A stretch of DNA of 63,311 nucleotides, filler included, from Chthonomonadaceae bacterium (GTDB taxonomy: Bacteria > Armatimonadota > Chthonomonadetes > Chthonomonadales > Chthonomonadaceae), in assembly GCA_035650735.1 (NCBI GenBank). It is 4 parts of 4 records of this genome, joined end to end, with 100 filler letters (N's around TTAATTAATTAA, not from the genome) between each part and the next. Parts side by side here need not be neighbours in the genome. Positions count along the whole stretch, not along the records: positions 1 to 21,311 come from DASRGZ010000130.1; positions 21,412 to 49,613 come from DASRGZ010000132.1; 2 more parts are not named here. One strand, 5' to 3'. The position numbers were made by a program, and so were the translations under genes. The notes below the pieces were generated by a model. That model saw only the letters and a list, made by a program, of their open reading frames with translations, had not been told where the DNA came from and searched no databases. Below, in pieces: positions 19,228 through 27,843 of the stretch (position 1 is the first letter of the stretch; each line of letters opens with the position of its first letter).

Positions 19228-20472
19228 ATGGCTATTGACAGCAGGCGCCTGGACGAGCTAAATACCTCTGCCACGCTGGCGCAGGGCGTGCAGGTGGATG
19301 CGCTCGACGACCAGACGATGGTGGTCAATATGGGGCCGCAGCATCCCAGCACGCACGGCGTCCTGCGTATTGTGCTGGAGCTCGACGGCGAAACCATCGT
19401 CAAGGCGACGCCCTACATGGGCTACGTCCATACCGGCATCGAGAAGGAGATGGAGTACCAGACGTACCTGAAGGCGGTCACGCTGACCGACCGGATCGAT
19501 TATGTCGCCTCCCTGATCGAAAACGCCGCCTACTCGCTTTCGGTCGAGAAGCTGTTCGGGATCGAGCCGCCGCCGCGCGGGCAGTACCTGCGCGTGATGC
19601 TCATGGAGCTGGAGCGGATCGCCAGCCACCTGGTCTGGCTGGGCACGCACAGCCTCGACATCGGCGCGATGACCGTCTTCTTCTATGCCTTCCAGCAGCG
19701 CGAGAAGGTCCTGGATATGAAGGAGATGATGTCGGGCGTGCGCATGATGTCCTCCTGGATCGTGCCGGGAGGGCTGCGCGGCGACGCCCCGGAGGGCTGG
19801 TTCGAGAAGGCCAAAGACTTCTGCGACGACTTCCCGCGCGCCGTCGAGGAGATCGAGGACCTGCTCAACGCCAATCCCATCTGGCGGGAGCGCACGCAGG
19901 GTATCGGCGTCATCAGCGTGGAGGACTGTCTGGCGATAGGCGTCAGCGGCCCGACGCTGCGCGCCGCCAACGTCAAGCACGACATCCGCAAGGCGGCGCC
20001 CTACAGCAGCTACCAGGACTTCCGGTTTGAGATCCCGACGGGCCAGTACAGCGACGTCTACGACCGCTACCGCGTGCGCATGACCGAGATGCTTCAGAGC
20101 CGCGAGATCATCAAGCAGTGCATCGAGAACATGCCCTCCGGCCCGATCAACGTCAGCGACCGCAAGATCGTGCCGCCGCCCCGCGCAGAGCTCGACAGCA
20201 GCATGGAGGCGGTTATCCACCACTTCAAGCTGTGGACGGAGGGCTTCCACCCGCCCATCGGCGAAGCCTATGTGCCGGTCGAGTCGGGCAAGGGGGAGAT
20301 GGGCTTCTATATCGTCAGCGACGGCACCAACCGGCCCTATCGCGCCCACCAGCGCCCAGCCTGCCTGATGAACTTGCAGGCGCTCTCGAAGATGTGCGAG
20401 GGCCGTCTCATCGCCGACGTGGTCGCCATCATCGGCAGCATTGACATCGTTCTGGGCGAAATTGACCGTTAG
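19228..20472 (+). CDS. nuoD: NADH-quinone oxidoreductase subunit D
   Basis: NMGPQHPSTHGVLR, DRIDY, DIVLGEIDR. Confidence 0.97.
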   Translation: MAIDSRRLDELNTSATLAQGVQVDALDDQTMVVNMGPQHPSTHGVLRIVLELDGETIVKATPYMGYVHTGIEKEMEYQTYLKAVTLTDRIDYVASLIENAAYSLSVEKLFGIEPPPRGQYLRVMLMELERIASHLVWLGTHSLDIGAMTVFFYAFQQREKVLDMKEMMSGVRMMSSWIVPGGLRGDAPEGWFEKAKDFCDDFPRAVEEIEDLLNANPIWRERTQGIGVISVEDCLAIGVSGPTLRAANVKHDIRKAAPYSSYQDFRFEIPTGQYSDVYDRYRVRMTEMLQSREIIKQCIENMPSGPINVSDRKIVPPPRAELDSSMEAVIHHFKLWTEGFHPPIGEAYVPVESGKGEMGFYIVSDGTNRPYRAHQRPACLMNLQALSKMCEGRLIADVVAIIGSIDIVLGEIDR

Positions 20473-20484
20473 CGTCTGGCCTCC

Positions 20485-20777
20485 ATCCCCTGATCCCTTC
20501 TCCCAATCTTAGGAGATGGGAACCGAGAAGCCAAGTTAGCGACGGAATAGAATTCCTTCGCTGGGTGGCGTTCCGCCCAGTGACTGCAAGGGTCGGCGCT
20601 GCAATGGTTCGCGCCTCCGCCTAGCGACCCCTGCGGGGACACCAAACAGCCTCCCGAAAGGGGGTGTCGGCGTAGGCCGACACTTAGCCGAAGGCTACCC
20701 AGCGAAGGGCTTTAGCCCATCGAAAACAAGGGTCCGCCCTTGAAGTTCTTGGGGGAGAGGGACCGGGGGGCAGGGCT
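20485..20777. repeat. Palindromic repeat cluster between nuoD and nuoE
   Basis: CCCTTCTCCC..GGAGA-type REP halves; CTTCGCTGGGT...ACCCAGCGAAG inverted repeat; GACTGCAAGGG...CCTAGCGAC family copy at 20582-20628. Confidence 0.75.
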
Positions 20778-20795
20778 TAAGAAGGATACGTCTGT

Positions 20796-21311
20796 ATGGC
20801 TACTTCTCCGCAGCATCCGGTGGCCGGCGGCACGCGTGAGCCGCAGCCGCCGCCGCCAAAAGAGTACCGCTTTTCGGAACAGGCGATCGCCGAGTTAGAG
20901 GAGATCGCCTCCCATTATCCGGAGCGCAAAGCGGCCTGCCTGCCCGCGCTCTGGATAGCGCAGCGCGAATACGGCGGCTACCTGACGCCCGCCGCCATTC
21001 AGGAGGTTGCCGATCGCGTGGGCCTCTCCTACGCCGAGGTCGAAGGCGTCGCTACCTTCTATACCATGTACAACCTGCGCCCGCGCGGCCGGCACCACCT
21101 GGAGGTTTGTACGTGCCTGACCTGCGCCATCAAGGGCGCCTATGACGTGGTTCACAAGCTAGAGCATGAGCTGGGCATCGAGGTCGGCGAGACGACCCCG
21201 GATGGCGCGTTCACACTCTCGGAGGTGGAGTGCCTGGACGTCTGCGGCGCGGCGACGGTCATGCAGGTCGGGGACAAGTACTTTACCAACCTTACGCCCG
21301 ACAACGTGATG
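20796..21311 (+). CDS. nuoE: NADH-quinone oxidoreductase subunit E (truncated at contig end)
   Basis: VATFYTMY, CxxxxC...EVECLDVC 2Fe-2S motif. Confidence 0.93.
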
Positions 21312-21411
21312 NNNNNNNNNNNNNNNNNNNNNNNNNNNNNNNNNNNNNNNNNNNNTTAATTAATTAANNNNNNNNNNNNNNNNNNNNNNNNNNNNNNNNN
21401 NNNNNNNNNNN
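21312..21411. other. Artificial contig linker
   Basis: N44-TTAATTAATTAA-N44. Confidence 0.99.
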
Positions 21412-21552
21412 TGAGAAGCGTCCCCATCCATCGCTGGGGTATCGCCCGCCCGCCGAAGTCTATTTCGGCACCACTCAAGAAGACGAGCTGAAAGGAGCAG
21501 ACCCTAACTTACAAAATGCCTGTCGGGTGTCTTGACAAACTGGGCCACTATA
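21412..21552 (+). mobile_element. Right end of an IS3-family insertion sequence (transposase C-terminus plus IR)
   Basis: EKRPHPSLGYRPPAEVY motif, stop at 21533-21535; TGTCTTGACAAACTGGGCCACTATA terminal-repeat-like end at the contig edge. Confidence 0.7.
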
Positions 21553-21642
21553 GAGAGCAGGCGAACAGGTCTGCTGTGGTTTCGATCCGCATATACGCAT
21601 GATGCGGCCCCACACTACTGGCTTGTTTAGGAAAGGAAAAGC

Positions 21643-21861
21643 ATGATGAAAGCTTGGAGGTTAGAGAGTTTACCTGATGTGTTGACAGTCGAAGAAGCCG
21701 CTGCCGTGTTGCGCGTGGGCCGCAATACAGTGTACGAGGCCATTCGCTCAGGCGAAGTACCCTCCCTGCGGATCAAGCGCCGCATCCTGGTGCCGAAGTC
21801 CGCCCTCCTGCACTTGCTGGGCGGTCATGGAAGGGGTTCCGAATCGCCCTCCCCCCGCTGA
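21643..21861 (+). CDS. Excisionase / HTH_17 DNA-binding protein
   Basis: LTVEEAAAVLRVGRNTVYEAIRSGEVPSLRIKRRILVP; directly upstream of the integrase. Confidence 0.88.
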   Translation: MMKAWRLESLPDVLTVEEAAAVLRVGRNTVYEAIRSGEVPSLRIKRRILVPKSALLHLLGGHGRGSESPSPR

Positions 21862-21992
21862 AGCGGATCGGCAGGCACGGTACAAATACCGTATGACCTT
21901 TTTGGAGAGCGCCAGACCACCAGAAAACTAGGCGTTGCACTACTTCCGTCAACCGGAGGGAGATGCCAGACGCAGGGAGGGAGCCAACAACG

Positions 21993-23162
21993 ATGAAAGG
22001 CCACATTGTCAAACGTGGCGAGGACACCTGGTCGTTGGTGTTTGACCTGGGGCGCGGGGAAGACGGCAAGCGCAAGCAGAAATGGGTCACCGTACGCGGT
22101 ACCAAGCGGGAGGCGGAGAAAGAATTAGCTCGCCTCCTCCACGAGGCCCATACGGGCACATTCGTGGAGCCATCCCGGATGACGCTCGCCGAATACCTGG
22201 AATACTGGCTGGAGAACTATGCGCAAACGAAGGTCTCGCCAAAGACGTTTGAGAGCTATGCGGAGTTCATCCGGCTCTACATTATCCCCAAGCTCGGTCA
22301 GCACAAACTGGCAAAGCTGCAGGTAGCCCACATCCAGAGCTACTACACGCAGATGCTCACCTCCGGTCGCCTGAAGCGCGCAGGAGGCTTGTCGGCCCAA
22401 AGCGTCTTACACCAGCACCGGATTCTTCGGCAAGCGCTCCAGCAGGCAGTGAAATGGCAGTTTCTGGGAAGAAACCCGGCTGACGCGGTCGTGGCGCCGC
22501 GACCAGACCACCGCGAGATGCGCGCACTGACAGACAGAGAAACCGCGCAGTTGCTGAAAGCGGCAGAAGGAACCCGCTTGTATATGCCCATCCTTCTGGC
22601 GATCACGACCGGCTTGCGGCGCGGAGAACTCCTGGGCTTACGCTGGGCCGATATGGACCTATCCACCGGCGTTCTTTCCGTTCGCCAATCGCTGGGCCGG
22701 ACCCGCAGTGGTATGGCGTTCAAACCGCCTAAAACCGCCAAAAGCCGTCGCACCGTAACCTTGCCAGCCTTCGTAATTGAAGCTCTAGAGCGCCATCGAG
22801 CCGTCCAGAATGAGGAACGCCGCCTCTTGGGAGGAGCATACCAGGATCAGGATCTAGTAGCAGCAGAACCGGACGGTCAACCTCGATCTCCAGGAGCACT
22901 CAGCCGGGCGTTCAGCAAACTGATAATTGCAAAACGACTACCGCAGGTTCGCTTCCACGACCTGCGCCATAGTCACGCGACCCAGCTTCTGAAGCAGGGA
23001 GTACATCCAAAAATCGTCAGCGAACGGCTCGGTCATTCGACCATCGGCCTGACGCTCGACACCTACAGTCATGTCTTACCCGGGATGCAGGAGGAAGCCG
23101 CCAAGCGCGTGGATACGGCCCTGCGGGCGGCACTGGAGAAGGAGGGAACCGACCAACCGTAA
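21993..23162 (+). CDS. Tyrosine integrase (phage/ICE type, with arm-binding and SAM-like N-terminal domains)
   Basis: TGLRRGE, HDLRH, RLGH, DTY catalytic set; N-terminal GKRKQKW arm-binding domain. Confidence 0.95.
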   Translation: MKGHIVKRGEDTWSLVFDLGRGEDGKRKQKWVTVRGTKREAEKELARLLHEAHTGTFVEPSRMTLAEYLEYWLENYAQTKVSPKTFESYAEFIRLYIIPKLGQHKLAKLQVAHIQSYYTQMLTSGRLKRAGGLSAQSVLHQHRILRQALQQAVKWQFLGRNPADAVVAPRPDHREMRALTDRETAQLLKAAEGTRLYMPILLAITTGLRRGELLGLRWADMDLSTGVLSVRQSLGRTRSGMAFKPPKTAKSRRTVTLPAFVIEALERHRAVQNEERRLLGGAYQDQDLVAAEPDGQPRSPGALSRAFSKLIIAKRLPQVRFHDLRHSHATQLLKQGVHPKIVSERLGHSTIGLTLDTYSHVLPGMQEEAAKRVDTALRAALEKEGTDQP

Positions 23163-23211
23163 AACGACAGGCTAGCATGATGCCGAGCCTGCCGAGGCAG
23201 CAAAGAAGTTT

Positions 23212-23232
23212 GTTAGCAATTGGTTAGCAATT
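23212..23232. promoter_or_regulatory. Putative integrase arm-type sites
   Basis: Tandem GTTAGCAATT x2 between the integrase stop and the tRNA 3' end. Confidence 0.55.
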
Positions 23233-23280
23233 CGACGTCCTTCGCTCTAGTACAAGAGAGCGGAGGACGCTTTTTGAGAA

Positions 23281-23365
23281 CGGAGAGGACAGGATTCGAA
23301 CCTGCGCACCCTTGCGGGTGTCCTGTTTTCAAGACAGGTGCCTTCGTCCACTCGGCCACCTCTCC
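23281..23365 (-). tRNA. tRNA-Ser (anticodon TGA), CCA not encoded
   Basis: GGAGAGG acceptor stem, CCTGT-CTTGAAA-ACAGG anticodon arm, long variable arm, GGTTCGAATCC T-loop. Confidence 0.96.
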
Positions 23366-23534
23366 CTATTTTCCCTGTTTTTAAGTATATCCTATACCAG
23401 CCCGTTCGTCAATGCGAATTCTCACAGTCCTTACCACAGGGCCAGCTTCTCCTACTGCACAAACGGCGTCTGCGCCCGCCCCCATCCGAAGACTGAATAC
23501 CATCTCCATGCCAAAAACACAATCAACGAATGCC

Positions 23535-24312
23535 TTACCTTTCGTAAGCTGTTTGCCACTTGGCTAACGGAAATGTGGCCTTTTGCCGTCCAAACCTGCC
23601 AATGACAGTGACGCTGATCTCTTTGTCCTGGCTGGTGATACGCGGAGCGCCATCAGCATCATATAGGTCAAAGGCCACCTCGAATTCTCCTTTGTACCAG
23701 GTGTACTCTTCTCGTCTTGGTATTTCTATATCGTACGCTCAAGCTTCTCCTTACCATTCTCATCCCTGATCTGGCGGTAAGAAGGGATTTTTTCGGAAGT
23801 ACTGGATGGCCTTGTGTAGTTGAGCCGGAACATTGCCGGGTTGAAGTACAGGCTGATAGACACGGTTACCGACCTGCATATCCACGCGAACTCCATGCAA
23901 ATCCTCAGGATTAGCTCTCCGGTAAATACCTTCCGCGCTAAAATTGGGATAGATGCCCAACTCACAGTAAAATCGGACTTGATGCAGACCTCGTTGGGCT
24001 ATCTCGGCGAGCTTGGCGCGAGGCTTCCTGTTGTGCTTCCGACAGATTGAGTTTGCGCGCGTTAAAGCCTGCTTCATAGGCGAGTAGGCGTGGATGCTGA
24101 AAGGTTACCCAACTCACGGTCTCATGGTTAATTCTGCCAATGCCTCGCCGGGCGAACTTGAGCGATCCATACAAGCTCTTGTCGCGTTTAGCCCGCTCGT
24201 AGCCGTTGTACCAGACTTTCTCCAGAACTTCCTGTGATGGCGCTAGAGCGGGATGCAACGGCAGCACAGCAAATTGCAGGAACACAATCATAATGTACAA
24301 TAGAGCGTTCAT
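23535..24312 (-). pseudogene. Secreted hypothetical protein with several frameshifts
   Basis: Signal peptide at 24312; protein-like segments in successive frames ending ...YKGEFEVAFDLYDADG...AYER*. Confidence 0.55.
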
Positions 24313-24443
24313 TTATTTGCTCGATGCTGAAGGCATTGGGCTGTGTCCACCTGGACACAACGTTAGTATCAGCCAGATAAGGCAGTAGATGCCTTTCCTC
24401 TTACGGAGCTAGACTTTGACCGCTAGGTAATACAGAGAATGGG

Positions 24444-25007
24444 CTAAAACGTCTCACGATGACTCATTAAGCGCTCGGCAAGCTTTGTGAGGCCGTTTGT
24501 CGTTAGCGTCTCAATATATTCGTCTGCCGTTTTGGGCGGTCGCTTCAACGAGGCACGGTGTTCCTTCACAGCCGCCAAGAACAATTCTGGCGCATCATCA
24601 AAGAGAGTGGTGAGATACTTATCGGGGTGCAGGGCCCGAACGTTATATGGTTTTAGGGCCGAAGTTGGAAAATCCGACAGATTAAACGTGACAATAACCG
24701 AAGCTTTGGCTTCTATCGCTGCTGCAAGTACATGGCGATCGTCCGGATCGGGTAGGGTAAGAGAAGAAAGATGCTTGTCATAGCCCGTCACCAGGCTTTC
24801 CTCATTTATCGCATCCATTAACTTGCGAGTACGCTCTAGCTGGGCAGAAGTGATCTCAGGATTGTCTGCAAGAACATTGCGCATCCCTTCTGCATGAATC
24901 TCTTCTGTCCAGTGCGGTTGATAGACAACACCCACCGCAAGCCACATGAACAAATCACGCAAGGCAGGAGGGTAGAGAACGCAGGCGTCCAAAACCACAT
25001 TGATCAC
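24444..25007 (-). CDS. PIN-domain toxin (PIN_3 / VapC50-like)
   Basis: VLDACVLYP, LPDPDDRHVLAAA, IVTFNLSDFP. Confidence 0.9.
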   Translation of the reverse strand: MINVVLDACVLYPPALRDLFMWLAVGVVYQPHWTEEIHAEGMRNVLADNPEITSAQLERTRKLMDAINEESLVTGYDKHLSSLTLPDPDDRHVLAAAIEAKASVIVTFNLSDFPTSALKPYNVRALHPDKYLTTLFDDAPELFLAAVKEHRASLKRPPKTADEYIETLTTNGLTKLAERLMSHRETF

Positions 25008-25471
25008 TTATAGAGGTCCAGCCGCTCAGTTTCGGCTACTAGCTCCCCCATGACTTTCTTGCGCTGCGCTCGCTCTGTTTCCAGATAATGCAAGACATCC
25101 TCATAGCGAATACGTCTATGTGCGCCGACCCTTCGGTAAGGCAATTTGTTTTCATCGAGCATTTTGATAAGCGATGGGCGAGAGACGCGCATAAGCTCTG
25201 CTGCTTGCTGTGTGGTTAGCTCGGTATCTATTGGCAGCAAGGTAACCGAATGGCCTTTTGCCATCTCCTGAAGCGCCGAAAACAGAATGCGCACGGCAGA
25301 GATGGGTAAGGTGATTTCGGTTCCTTGATCGCCTTCGGTGCAAAACCGAATACGCGCCTCATTGGCTGCATTGTCTCGAAGCAAAGGAGCAAGGGCTTCG
25401 CTTGATGTGCGAGCGATCTCTGTGTCCTGGTCGGTAGGTGTTATGGCTTCGTTTGGTGTTTGAACAAACAT
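25004..25471 (-). CDS. Excisionase-like HTH_17 antitoxin
   Basis: ELTTQQAAELMRVSRPSLIKMLDE...VGAHRRI; overlaps the PIN gene. Confidence 0.9.
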   Translation of the reverse strand: MFVQTPNEAITPTDQDTEIARTSSEALAPLLRDNAANEARIRFCTEGDQGTEITLPISAVRILFSALQEMAKGHSVTLLPIDTELTTQQAAELMRVSRPSLIKMLDENKLPYRRVGAHRRIRYEDVLHYLETERAQRKKVMGELVAETERLDLYK

Positions 25472-25507
25472 AGTGGCCTCTAATATAAAATCAGCCTCTC
25501 ACCGTAT

Positions 25508-25567
25508 AAGATACCCCATAAACGAAGCATACGCAAGAATCGAAGCATACGAAAAGTTTGAAAAAGA
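25508..25567 (-). promoter_or_regulatory. TA promoter with 9-bp phased direct repeats (candidate operator)
   Basis: Minus strand TTGCGT-17-TATCTT; CGAA-type units at 25523, 25532, 25541, 25550, 25559. Confidence 0.55.
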
Positions 25568-25647
25568 TTGGAACAGTTCTTTCCGCCCTGTGGCAGTCAG
25601 CATATCAGGGATCATTAGGCAGTTATAACATACCGGATTCGTCAAGC

Positions 25648-27693
25648 TTACCAGTTTATAGGGTAGACGTTGATGCCGGTGAAGCAGCCGATGAGCGTGG
25701 TGAGGCCGCCGGCCAGAAAATCGCCGAGGATGACGCCGTAGAAGAAAGGCAGCGATTGGCGGTAGAGGCGAATGCCGCCGTAGCGCAGGACAAGCGTTTT
25801 TATCAGCCAGGCCAGGAAGAAAGGCAGCCAGACCTGGTTCATCGTGGCCGTGTTCGCCATCGCGTAGCCGACCGGGTGGAAGACCCACCAGGTAAAGCGC
25901 GTCCGCAGCACCATCAAGAGCGTCGTGATAAGGAAGCCGGCGCCGACGGCCAGCGTGCCGGGCAGGTCGGTCTTGACGGGGGTTTTGAGCGCGTCGGCCA
26001 ACTGATCGAAGGGCAGGCGGCCCATCTCGGTGCGCCAGCTATCGGTCTTGGCGCCCGCGCCGTAGGCATACCAGATCATCAGGGCGATGGCAAAGGAGAT
26101 GGCGATGCCGAGCACAATCGCCACCACCAGCGCGACCGTCAGACGCCGCTTGTTGGCGTTGAGGGCGTCGGCCATCTTGTAGGCGTCGAACTGGTTGGGC
26201 ATGGAGGGGCAGCGCAGGTCGAAGTTGGCGATGGCGTTACGGACGTAGGCGAGGATGGTCAGGTCGGCGGGCGTGTAGACGGTCGTGCCGAAGGTCGTGG
26301 TCATCAGGTGGTAGGCGTCTATGTCCGGGCCAAACAGCCAGGCGTTGCCGGTCTCGGCGCGTATGCGCGTGGCCGCGATCATGTAGAGCAGCGCCAGCAC
26401 GATCAGCGTGATCGCCACAAAGCCCCGCATTCCCGCCACAACGCACCAGGCCACCAGCAGCGCCAGGCAGACGCCCAGGCCGAGGAAGGCCAGACGGTAG
26501 GGCATCGGCTCGTCGGCGTCGGCGGCAGGAGACGCGCCGTTGGCGGCGCGGCGCGCAAAGGCCAGCCTCCACACCTCGCCGAGATATCGGCGCGACAGCC
26601 ACAGGCCGACGAGCGTAAGGGCCAGGAAAGCGCCCGCGCCCTGATGCCCGGTAAAAGGCCACGTGCTCTGTCCGCCCGCGCTCGCCCCGGACGTGATTCC
26701 CGACGCCGCCCCGAAGACCGCCTCCAGTTTGGTCACCAGCCAGAAGAACCAGCAGCTAAAGGTCATCTCCACCGACAGCAGGTAGGCGATGGCAAGCACG
26801 AACGGGTAAAAGGAGATGGGCGTCGAGCCGATGGCGTTCCAGGGCGGCGCGCTCAGGAAGGTGACGAGGTCGGGCTGGTCGGCGGTGCGCGTGGGGATAT
26901 AGGGCACGGGCGGGATGTTCAGATGTACCGTGTTCATCACGTCTATCAAGAACGGGATAGCAAAGCCGATCCAGAGCAGGCGGTTCTTAAAGAAGCTTTG
27001 GCCCTCACGGATCATCTCCACCGGCACGGCGACGGTCGGAAAGGCCAGCCGCTCACGGTCGATCCACTGCCGCCGCAGGATGACGACGATGCAGAGCGTG
27101 GCGATGGCAAACAGCGCCAGGAAGCCGATCCAGGCCAGCATCGGCACCTTCCAGGCTTCCCAGGGGACGCGCGCGTTGCCGACATAGAACGCCCGCAGCG
27201 CGTCCTTATCCTTGAGCGCGATCCAGTCGGGGATATATTGGTGAAACAGCCCGGCCCAGCCGTTGCTGGAGCTGGCGTAGTAGAAGGCGGCGGTGATGCC
27301 CGGCACGACGAAGTGCAGGCCCCCGGAGGAGGAGAGGACGGTCGAGACGGTCATCATCGTGTAGATGACCAGCAGTTCGGCGGCGGTGAAGGCGAGCGGG
27401 CGCAGGAAGCGGGTCAGAACGAGGTTGACGACGACCAGCAGGAACAGCACGTTGAACGCGCCGACGGGGATGCTGGTATTGGCGAGCGCCGTGTGCCCGC
27501 GCCCGCCCAGCACCAGTTCGGCCCAGTGAATCCAGAGGTCGGTCAGCGCCGTGAAGATCAGGCCTAATATCAGTGCGCGCCAGGTCAGCCCGGAGGCGCG
27601 GCGGGCCGCGCCAGCGATCTGCAACCCGCTCTCGCCGGTGGATGGCGCGACCGCTCCCCTATTCCGTTCCTGCGACTGTGCTGGCTGCGCCAT
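25648..27693 (-). CDS. DUF6785/DUF6784-type polytopic membrane protein (putative transporter)
   Basis: ILRRQWIDRERLAFP, HPVGY, WLIKTLVLRYGG motifs; many TM helices. Confidence 0.75.
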   Translation of the reverse strand: MAQPAQSQERNRGAVAPSTGESGLQIAGAARRASGLTWRALILGLIFTALTDLWIHWAELVLGGRGHTALANTSIPVGAFNVLFLLVVVNLVLTRFLRPLAFTAAELLVIYTMMTVSTVLSSSGGLHFVVPGITAAFYYASSSNGWAGLFHQYIPDWIALKDKDALRAFYVGNARVPWEAWKVPMLAWIGFLALFAIATLCIVVILRRQWIDRERLAFPTVAVPVEMIREGQSFFKNRLLWIGFAIPFLIDVMNTVHLNIPPVPYIPTRTADQPDLVTFLSAPPWNAIGSTPISFYPFVLAIAYLLSVEMTFSCWFFWLVTKLEAVFGAASGITSGASAGGQSTWPFTGHQGAGAFLALTLVGLWLSRRYLGEVWRLAFARRAANGASPAADADEPMPYRLAFLGLGVCLALLVAWCVVAGMRGFVAITLIVLALLYMIAATRIRAETGNAWLFGPDIDAYHLMTTTFGTTVYTPADLTILAYVRNAIANFDLRCPSMPNQFDAYKMADALNANKRRLTVALVVAIVLGIAISFAIALMIWYAYGAGAKTDSWRTEMGRLPFDQLADALKTPVKTDLPGTLAVGAGFLITTLLMVLRTRFTWWVFHPVGYAMANTATMNQVWLPFFLAWLIKTLVLRYGGIRLYRQSLPFFYGVILGDFLAGGLTTLIGCFTGINVYPINW

Positions 27694-27843
27694 CGTTGTT
27701 TCGTGCGGCCTCCTCAAAGCGCCACTGTCGCTTCTTCCTGGCGGTGGGCAAGCTTTGCCGCTATGGGGCCTATGATCTGCTGCCCAGGAACGGCTTCCAG
27801 AGTCCTTCCATGCCTCCGACTCATCGGTAGAGTACACTCAAAA

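Noticed and set aside
21312..21411. Repeated TTAATTAATTAA within N-runs (also 49614 and 56212)
   Set aside because: Scaffolding linker with stops in all frames. It is not biological, and gene adjacency across it is meaningless.
25558..27567. Long antisense ORFs (e.g. 25558-27567, 17239-18924, 50197-51999, 39878-41410)
   Set aside because: Shadow frames of real high-GC genes with no recognisable motifs.
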